Source: Parcubacteria group bacterium
GTDB taxonomy: Bacteria > Patescibacteriota > Minisyncoccia > SW-4-49-11
Direction: 5' to 3'
DNA length: 58,725 bases
Assembly: GCA_943354045.1 (NCBI GenBank)
Contig: CALRBF010000002.1
Coordinates: 1-58,725 of the forward strand
Shown: positions 53,201 to 58,725 of the stretch, piece after piece
How positions within the stretch are numbered: position 1 is the stretch's first letter
How the letters are laid out: every line of letters starts with the position of its first letter
Position numbers and translations under genes: made by a program
The notes under the pieces: generated by a model
Seen by the model: only the letters and a program-made list of their open reading frames with translations
Database searches by the model: none
Told to the model about the DNA's origin: nothing

Positions 53201-53914
53201 AATAGTACGAAGGACAGCTGAACCTGTTGCCGCCTTGAATACAGGAGCAAATTTCATTGACATCAAACGATAATCAATTTCTGAAATAATATTCCATTTC
53301 TCAAGAGTAGCAAGAAAATCTAAAGTCTGTTGCTTGGAGTCCAGTAATTCTTGTAAAGCCTGATCACTATCATTACCACCAACACCTAAATCATTAAGCT
53401 TATGCTTATATTCAGCTTCTACTTGCTTGATATAATCTTTTTTTAGATTCTCATCAACTTCTGTGATAATATAACTAGAATAATATACCACTTTTTCAAC
53501 ATCAGTTAATGTTTGATTTAAAATTAAAGCAATTCGGCTTGGAATATTTCGTAAAAACCAAATATGTGCAACTGGAATAGCAAGTTCAATATGTCCCATT
53601 CTCTCTCTTCTAACAGAAGATTTGGTAACTTCAACTCCACATTTATCACAAATAATCCCCTTATATCGAATTCGTCGATATTTTCCACAAGAACATTCAT
53701 AATCTCTTACTGGACCAAAGATTTTTTCTGAAAACAAACCATCTTTTTCAGCTTTCTGAGTTCGATAATTAATAGTTTCAGGTTTGGTAACTTCTCCAGA
53801 TGACCATGCAAGAATATCTTCAGGAGAAGCAAGGGTTAATTGTATAGAATCGAAGTCAACTACATTCATAGATATAGTCTCTTTCTCATTGTTTGGGGTG
53901 ATTTGATTATTCAT
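50279..53914 (-). CDS. rpoC: DNA-directed RNA polymerase subunit beta'
   Basis: Zinc motif CSCGKY..CDKCGV, catalytic NADFDGDQMAVH. 1211 aa. Confidence 0.97.
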   Translation of the reverse strand: MNNQITPNNEKETISMNVVDFDSIQLTLASPEDILAWSSGEVTKPETINYRTQKAEKDGLFSEKIFGPVRDYECSCGKYRRIRYKGIICDKCGVEVTKSSVRRERMGHIELAIPVAHIWFLRNIPSRIALILNQTLTDVEKVVYYSSYIITEVDENLKKDYIKQVEAEYKHKLNDLGVGGNDSDQALQELLDSKQQTLDFLATLEKWNIISEIDYRLMSMKFAPVFKAATGSAVLRTIFAGIDLETELKNLEKELEVADGIKAQKIIKKIRFLGGLHQANVRPEWMFLTHLPVIPPDLRPMVALDGGRFATSDLNDLYRRVINRNNRLKKLMAQRAPEVIVRNEKRMLQEAVDALIDNSMRKGQSTTVASTGQKRVLKSLADSLKGKQGRFRQNLLGKRVDYSARSVIVVGPNLKINECGIPKTMALELFKPFIINRLIEDEYAHNIRSATRLIEQGLDIVWDILDEVIEHRYVLLNRAPTLHRLSIQAFKPVLIEGKAIQLNPMVCSPFNADFDGDQMAVHVPLSEEAVREAGELMISDHNLIKPSDGSPSSAPSQDMVLGIYYTTVADESDKPVQVFRNFDEAVTAYDHKQITLRELVEIRNEVKVGNTPIKTTVGRISFNEILPEGFEYVNEVVGKKQLKNLLNKALYEFTQPQVGEFLDRIKKFGFAEMTRSGLSWAISDFTVSDKKDKLITNAQNSVEEVTNQFEDGLLTEKERYAQIVDVWSKASIEIGALVRSEVNVKGPVFSMIDSGARGSWGQLNQMAGMKGLVVSPSGKIIETPITSSFLKGLTELEYFISTHGARKGLVDTALKTATSGYLTRRLVDVNQDIVVKESDCGDTTGLVLSRLDAEEAGDSFTNFIFGRKTVDDIVNPETKKTIVKAGEFITHAEAEIIDTLGIDNVRIRSLVSCKTIRGVCQSCYGTDLGRNAIVKIGEAVGIVTAQAIGEPATQLTMRTFHQGGSAGAADVTKGLPRVEEVFEARNPKTQAMMSTVAGTVVDVIETAGEIRIKIKTDDSKEAKKSKADIKELVADPVVDIVLVKVGDTVEVGQPITEGHLDLEKLYKHAGIDTLTRYIIQQILEIYNSQGAGIAIKHVEMIVRQMTSRYMVTEPGKSTYLKGQTITRDQLLEFNRFTENKDDLIQVDPLLQGITKVALNTESFLSAASFQNTTKVLIDAALFGKEDHLRGLKENVIIGRLIPAGTGFETER

Positions 53915-53937
53915 AGAGATATCGTATTAAATGATGA

Positions 53938-56900
53938 TTATTCTTCGTCTGACTCAACTATTGTCTTGGCATTCTTGAGAGCAACATTAATTCCAAGTCC
54001 CTTTAATTCATTTACCAATACATGGAATGATGAAGGAATATATGGAGCTTGAATTTTTTCTCCCTTAATGATTGACTCATAGGCACGAGATCGTCCAATC
54101 ACATCATCAGATTTAATGGTCAACATTTCTTGAAGCATATGAGAAGCTCCATATCCTTCGAATGCCCATACTTCCATTTCTCCCAGTCTCTGTCCTCCCA
54201 TTTGAGCTTTTCCTCCTAGAGGTTGCTGAGTAATAAGAGAATAAGGACCAGTAGATCGCATATGAAGCTTATCTTCAATCAAATGGTTTAATTTCATCAC
54301 ATACATAACTCCAACTGTAGTCTTTTCAAGATAAGCATCTCCAGTTTTTCCATCATATAATTGAATTTTTCCATCTTCAGGAAGATTTGCTTCTCGAAGT
54401 AATTCTTTAATCTTATCAAGGCTTACTCCATCAAGAGCAGGGCTTGCAACTTTTAGTCCAAGAGCAGAAACTGCAAGTCCAAGATGAGTTTCATATACTT
54501 GACCAAGATTCATACGAGATGCAATACCAAGTGGGGTTAACAAAATATCTAGCGGAGTTCCATCAGCTGAGAATGGCATATCTTCTTGAGGAAGAATTTT
54601 TGCAATAACTCCTTTATTTCCATGTCGTCCTGCTAATTTGTCTCCAACACTTACTTTTCTTAGATGAGCTATACTTACTTGAACTCTCTTGATAACTCCA
54701 CTAGGAAGTTTATCTCCATTTGCTCGAGTAAATATTCGCACCTCTACAACTTTTCCTTGATGACCATTTGGCATTTTGAGAGAAGAATCTTTTACTTCTC
54801 GAGATTTTTCACCAAAAATAACTCGAAGTAGTCTCTCTTCTGCTGTCAAATCTGTTTCTCCTTTAGGGCTAATTTTTCCAACAAGAATATTACCTGGCTT
54901 TACAGTAGCTCCAATTCTCACAATACCTTCAGCATCCAAATCTTTGAGTCGTTCCTCTGAAACATTAGGAATATCTCGAGTAACTTGTTCTTCTCCAAGT
55001 CTTGTATCTGATACATCTATTGAGAAGTCCTCAATATGTACAGAAGTAAATACATCTTCTTTTACTAGACGGTCTGACAAGATAATAGCATCCTCAAAGT
55101 TATTTCCCTCATAGGACATAAATCCTACTCTCAAGTTTTGTCCAAGAGCTAATTCTCCATTTTGCATAGATGAACCATCAGCAAGAAGATCACCTCTTGT
55201 TACTTTTTGTCCAGGAATACATCGAATTTTTTGATTAACGCTCGTGTACATATTAGACTTTAAGAATTTGGTTAATTCGAATAAAGTTCTCTTTTTTGAT
55301 TTAGTTGCCTCAAAGAGAATATGCGCAGCATCAGCCTCAATAATAGTTCCATCTTCAGGGGCTACAATAATTTGACCACTATATCGAGCAGCATCTCTTT
55401 CCATACCAGTTCCTACAATTGGAGAGTCACTTATAATAGAAGGGACTCCCTGCTTCTGCATGTTTGAACCCATCAAAGCTCTAGCAGAGTCATTATGCTC
55501 CACAAATGGAATAAGAGATGTAGATACAGAAATTAATTGTTTTGGAGATACATTAATAAATTCAATTTCATCTCGCTCAACAATAATCACATTACTATCT
55601 CTACGTGCAATAACTCGCTCATTGATAATAAACCCCTTATCATCTAAATCTACCACTGCAGATGCAATAACATATTTTTTCTCCTCAGCGGCATCAAAGA
55701 ATACAACTTCATCAGTGACCTCCCCTTTTACCACCTTTCTAAATGGAGTTTCCAAGAATCCATATTCATTAATATGAGCATAAGTAGCTAATTGACCAAT
55801 AAGTCCAATATTAGGTCCTTCTGGGGTCGCAATAGGACAAATACGCCCGAAATGAGTAGGATGAACATCTCGAACCTCAAATCCAGCTCGGTCTCGAGCA
55901 AGTCCATTTGGTCCAAGAGCAGACACTCTTCGCTTATGCTCTAATTCTGATAAGGTATTAATCTGATCCATGTACTGAGACAATTGGCTTGAAGAGAAAA
56001 ATTCATGAATAGCAGCTACGAGAGGACGAGCATTAATTACACTGGTAGGAGTAATAGTTTGTGGATCAGCTGTACTCATTCTATCCTTTACAATTTTTTC
56101 CATTCGAGCAAATCCAACTCGAGCTCGCTCTTGTACTAATTCTCCAATTAATCGAATACGTCGATTGCTAAGATTATCGATATCATCGGGCATAGCCTGA
56201 GGATCATTATTAAGACGAATAATTTCTTTTACAATTTTAATAAAGTCATCAATTTGTAAAATTCTATACTTTGGATCTTCAGTTAAGTCAACACCTAATC
56301 GATTATTAACCTTGTATCGTCCAACTTTACCAAGATCATATCGACTAAAATTAAAGAACATTCCTTCAATTAATTGCCGAGCATTATCATCTGTTGCTAA
56401 ATCTCCTGGTCGAATTCTTCGATATACTTCTACGAATCCTGATTTTTGATCACGAGCAGCATCTTTTGTAATAGTTTCTCTAATAAATTTTACTTTACCC
56501 GTATCAACATCAGCAAAAGTTGAAATAAGCTCATTATCTTTACCGAGTCCAAAGGCACGCAAAAGAGAAGTAAGAGCGACTTTACGCTTACGGTCAATTT
56601 TTACCCACATTACTCCAGCACCATCAGTTTCAATTTCAATCCAAGCTCCACGAGTAGGAATAAGCTTAGCTCCAAAATATCTTTTATCTCGAGAAATATT
56701 TTCAGTAAAGAATACTCCAGGGGAACGCAAAATTTGAGCAATAATAACTCGCTCTGTCCCATTGATAATAAATGTTCCTCGCTCTGTCATAAGAGGAACA
56801 TCTCCCAAGAATACTTCCTGAGTAATTTTTTTATTAGTTGTATTATTAATCAGAGTAATTTTAGCTCGAAGAGGAGCTTCAAAAGTAATATTCTTTACGC

Positions 56901-57126
56901 GAGATTGTACTTCAGAAAGTTTTGGCTCATCCAATCGATATCCAACGAATTCTAATCGATATTCGCTACCTGTCCAGTCAAGTACGGGATAATGTTCCTC
57001 GAAGAGGTCACGAAGCCCTTCTTGTAAAAACCATTTATATGAAGCTAATTGCGGCTCTATAAGATTTGGTAATTCTAGATCAATAGTGGGCTTAAAGAAA
57101 ACTCTCTGATTTTTTGCCATATGCAT
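53938..57126 (-). CDS. rpoB: DNA-directed RNA polymerase subunit beta
   Basis: Conserved ..GTFIINGTERVI.., ..GRHGNKGV.., ..MNVGQ-like LGQVYETHLG. The start may be ATG 57120 (MAKNQR..). Confidence 0.97.
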   Translation of the reverse strand: MHMAKNQRVFFKPTIDLELPNLIEPQLASYKWFLQEGLRDLFEEHYPVLDWTGSEYRLEFVGYRLDEPKLSEVQSRVKNITFEAPLRAKITLINNTTNKKITQEVFLGDVPLMTERGTFIINGTERVIIAQILRSPGVFFTENISRDKRYFGAKLIPTRGAWIEIETDGAGVMWVKIDRKRKVALTSLLRAFGLGKDNELISTFADVDTGKVKFIRETITKDAARDQKSGFVEVYRRIRPGDLATDDNARQLIEGMFFNFSRYDLGKVGRYKVNNRLGVDLTEDPKYRILQIDDFIKIVKEIIRLNNDPQAMPDDIDNLSNRRIRLIGELVQERARVGFARMEKIVKDRMSTADPQTITPTSVINARPLVAAIHEFFSSSQLSQYMDQINTLSELEHKRRVSALGPNGLARDRAGFEVRDVHPTHFGRICPIATPEGPNIGLIGQLATYAHINEYGFLETPFRKVVKGEVTDEVVFFDAAEEKKYVIASAVVDLDDKGFIINERVIARRDSNVIIVERDEIEFINVSPKQLISVSTSLIPFVEHNDSARALMGSNMQKQGVPSIISDSPIVGTGMERDAARYSGQIIVAPEDGTIIEADAAHILFEATKSKKRTLFELTKFLKSNMYTSVNQKIRCIPGQKVTRGDLLADGSSMQNGELALGQNLRVGFMSYEGNNFEDAIILSDRLVKEDVFTSVHIEDFSIDVSDTRLGEEQVTRDIPNVSEERLKDLDAEGIVRIGATVKPGNILVGKISPKGETDLTAEERLLRVIFGEKSREVKDSSLKMPNGHQGKVVEVRIFTRANGDKLPSGVIKRVQVSIAHLRKVSVGDKLAGRHGNKGVIAKILPQEDMPFSADGTPLDILLTPLGIASRMNLGQVYETHLGLAVSALGLKVASPALDGVSLDKIKELLREANLPEDGKIQLYDGKTGDAYLEKTTVGVMYVMKLNHLIEDKLHMRSTGPYSLITQQPLGGKAQMGGQRLGEMEVWAFEGYGASHMLQEMLTIKSDDVIGRSRAYESIIKGEKIQAPYIPSSFHVLVNELKGLGINVALKNAKTIVESDEE

Positions 57127-57302
57127 ATACTTAATCTAATAGTGCTTTGATGAGGACTTATTCGGACTTACTTATAAACGCATAAAATAAGCAATGGAAA
57201 ATCCATTACTTTCTTTTGTACTAAGCAATATGTATCTGTATCGTCATTATTTGATAGCCAATCCAATAAAGTCTCACGTATCATCACTCATCCGTTACAA
57301 AC

Positions 57303-57331
57303 ATTATACACCGTTTTAGGTATAAAGTCAA
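57303..57331 (-). promoter_or_regulatory. Promoter of rpoBC (about 170 nt leader)
   Basis: Minus strand: TTGACT, 17 bp spacer, TATAAT. Confidence 0.65.
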
Positions 57332-57387
57332 GGGTTTGTACGAGGTAAGAAGTTTCATTATAAGACTTTGGGAGAAGCTGTATTTTT

Positions 57388-57630
57388 GTCCCCATTTGCC
57401 TGCCTGCGGTAGGCAGGGAGGGGGAACCTGTAAGGCGGGGGTGGATAGACTTCAAGTTCATATTTTATCCACCCCGTCTCCTCCCAAACAAAAGTATGAG
57501 AGGAAAAACCCCTCAAGAGGGGAATTTTTCGTACAGTACATTTTTATATATTCCCCTCTTGAGGGGTGCCGTCGCTAGACGGTGGGATGGAATACGGGCG
57601 ACTGTAAGGTCACCCCTACACAACTCATAT
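57388..57630. repeat. Mosaic repeat locus R12 (same architecture as R11)
   Basis: GCCTGCCTGCGGTAGGCAGG; GGGGGTGGAT; TTATCCACCCCGTCTCCTCCCAAACAAAAGTATGAGAGG; CCCCTCAAGAGGGGAAT [24 nt core] ATTCCCCTCTTGAGGGGTGCCGTCGCTAGACGGTGGGATGGAA. Confidence 0.85.
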
Positions 57631-57660
57631 ATTGAATATGTCACTGACATATTCCTTCTA

Positions 57661-57790
57661 TCTGTGCTCCCGCAGGGGTTCGGTCACAAGTAATTTCCCT
57701 GACGGGAAATTCTCGCGACCCCGTCTCGCCGTGTTCGCCTTCCCTTTCAGGGAAACTCACACCGGGCTCCGACTTTCTCACCCCTTGAGA
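57661..57790 (-). ncRNA. Candidate structured RNA or tRNA-Arg 3'-end remnant (unidentified)
   Basis: About 60% GC in an AT-rich context. Hairpins AATTTCCC-GTCA-GGGAAATT and TTCCC-TGAAA-GGGAA. It ends with a 22 nt copy of the tRNA-Arg T-loop/acceptor 3' end and lies downstream of the tRNA promoter. Confidence 0.3.
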
Positions 57791-57820
57791 CATATGCTAC
57801 AAGCATATATCTATAATCTG

Positions 57821-57893
57821 TGCTCCCGCAGGGGTTCGAACCCCGAATGACGGTTCCGAAGACCGTAGTGATATCCAGTTTCACCACAGGAGC
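57821..57893 (-). tRNA. tRNA-Arg (anticodon UCG)
   Basis: GCTCCTG..ACGGT-CTTCGGA-ACCGT..CGGGGTTCGAACCCCTG-CGGGAGC-A. Confidence 0.85.
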
Positions 57894-57898
57894 GTAAT

Positions 57899-57975
57899 TG
57901 GTAGCCTCGACGGGATTCGAACCCGTGTTACCAGGATGAAAACCTGGCGTCCTGACCGGACTAGACGACAAGGCC
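57899..57975 (-). tRNA. tRNA-Glu (anticodon UUC), CCA end encoded
   Basis: GGCCTTG..CCAGG-TTTTCAT-CCTGG..ACGGGTTCGAATCCCGT-CGAGGCT-A-CCA. Confidence 0.85.
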
Positions 57976-57986
57976 AACTAAATCAT

Positions 57987-58015
57987 AGTATAGCAAGATT
58001 TCACAACTCGGTCAA
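57987..58015 (-). promoter_or_regulatory. Promoter of the tRNA-Glu/tRNA-Arg unit
   Basis: Minus strand: TTGACC, 17 bp spacer, TGc-TATACT, 11 nt before tRNA-Glu. Confidence 0.7.
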
Positions 58016-58030
58016 TATGTTATAATAATA

Positions 58031-58480
58031 TTAATAATAATCAATAACATCACTTGATGGGATGATATTTGCAGTTTTCAAAAACCCATATAATAATCCT
58101 TGTGTAATACCAGACATCCAGCCAGCTGATAAGATACAAATCACTATACCTACCAATTTAATTTTATCATCTCCTCTAAAAAATGAGTCTCCTCCACCAG
58201 TTGCTAAAATTCTATATATGGGTTCTGAGAAGAACATAATCAAAAAACCTATCCCTAATCCTATAACTCCTATGATCAACTGACTTTTACCAGTTGAAAA
58301 TATAAGAAATATTATAATAGCCAATAATAAAAATCCTCTTATCATATTAACTTTAGCAAGTTCACTTTTTTGTAATCCTAATTTTAATAACCCTTTTTCC
58401 TCTAAAATATCTTTTAGTGATCTCACATATATGAGTCCTATAGTTAAAGGAATAATAGGTATAAGCCAAAAATATACCAT
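58031..58480 (-). CDS. Hypothetical four-TM membrane protein
   Basis: 149 aa hydrophobic ORF. Confidence 0.45.
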   Translation of the reverse strand: MVYFWLIPIIPLTIGLIYVRSLKDILEEKGLLKLGLQKSELAKVNMIRGFLLLAIIIFLIFSTGKSQLIIGVIGLGIGFLIMFFSEPIYRILATGGGDSFFRGDDKIKLVGIVICILSAGWMSGITQGLLYGFLKTANIIPSSDVIDYY

Positions 58481-58482
58481 AT

Positions 58483-58725
58483 TTACTTAATAATAATACG
58501 AATACGAGATGAAAGAACTGGCAATACTGGGCTGAATCCTGGAATTAATTTCAGATCAGCTGAGTCTACATTATCGAGACCCTTGAGATAATCCTGTGCT
58601 TGAGATATAGTTTTAAGTCTAATATTACGAGATATATCTCCCTCATCAAATTTAGGTTGTAGAAAATAGTCTACATATACTCTTGCTTTTGCTGCTTGTT
58701 TATTTGGAAATTCCTGTGGAGGATC
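58483..58725 (-). CDS. 3' end of an unidentified CDS running off the right edge (...VLSSRIRIIIK*)
   Basis: The minus-strand frame is open across all 81 codons from the window edge to TAA (58483-58485). It is absent from the ORF track because it has no Met. Confidence 0.4.
   Translation of the reverse strand, partial: DPPQEFPNKQAAKARVYVDYFLQPKFDEGDISRNIRLKTISQAQDYLKGLDNVDSADLKLIPGFSPVLPVLSSRIRIIIK

Noticed and set aside
25532-57126. Numerous 60-130 aa antisense or out-of-frame ORFs inside hsdR, secA, rpoC, rpoB, hsdM, the ABC-F gene, rny, truB, the cysteine desulfurase gene and the M16 peptidase gene
   Set aside because: They are fully nested in well-supported conserved genes and have no independent signals. 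Open frames like these are expected by chance at this length.
57661-57800. Identification of the GC-rich element as SRP (4.5S) RNA, RNase P RNA or tmRNA
   Set aside because: - SRP RNA: it lacks the conserved helix-8 GGAA/AGCA motifs.
- RNase P RNA: it is far too short, and apart from a weak GAGAAAGTCGGAGCC resemblance to CR-I it has no other conserved regions.
- tmRNA: there is no tmRNA-type acceptor pairing or tag ORF.

It is left as an unidentified candidate.
57336-57977. ORFs 57336-57578, 57496-57693 and 57632-57850 (+) and 57747-57977 (-)
   Set aside because: They overlap repeat locus R12, the structured element and the tRNA-Arg/tRNA-Glu genes. They are artefacts of the GC-rich sequence.
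53938-58015. Absence of rplJ-rplL upstream of rpoB as a rearrangement
   Set aside because: It was noted: tRNA genes and a repeat locus precede rpoB instead. Gene order around rpoBC varies among reduced genomes, and nothing in the sequence indicates a recent break beyond the repeat locus already reported.

Overview
AT-rich (roughly 30-35% GC by eye) bacterial chromosome segment using the standard genetic code. All identifications come from motif recognition only; no searches were run.

Housekeeping backbone:
- rpoB-rpoC, secA, rny, truB, hup, rpmG, dus, a DEAD-box helicase, an ABC-F ATPase, a NifS-like cysteine desulfurase and an M16 peptidase.
- Five tRNAs: Gly-UCC, Trp-CCA, Thr-GGU, Arg-UCG, Glu-UUC.
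- The small-genome gene mix and the T4SS-pilin-like membrane proteins are compatible with a CPR/Patescibacteria-like organism. That is inference only.
- Promoters are unusually easy to read: TTGACA-17 bp-TATAAT, often with an extended TGn -10.

Four things stand out:
1. A roughly 20 kb accessory/defence island (about 13.8-33.6 kb) lies between dus and the helicase. It carries a complete type I R-M operon interleaved with passenger genes: GIY-YIG/T5orf172, DinD-like, and a translationally coupled TIGR02391-like + PIN-like pair between hsdS and hsdR. It also holds Bro-N, YhcG, RhuM and DUF3800 genes, most of them decayed.
2. A family of GC-rich mosaic hairpin-module repeats occurs at 14 or more loci. 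The modules are joined by GGGGTGGA(T) motifs. They fill the island's intergenic spaces, sit next to tRNA genes, and run into the annotated 5' end of hsdS.
3. Promoter/leader modules are reused. One roughly 90-135 bp leader with a 13-codon uORF is present three times. A roughly 45 bp promoter module drives four or five small-protein cassettes, most of them GC-rich.
4. A 22 bp duplication of the tRNA-Arg 3' end brackets a roughly 135 nt GC-rich structured element.
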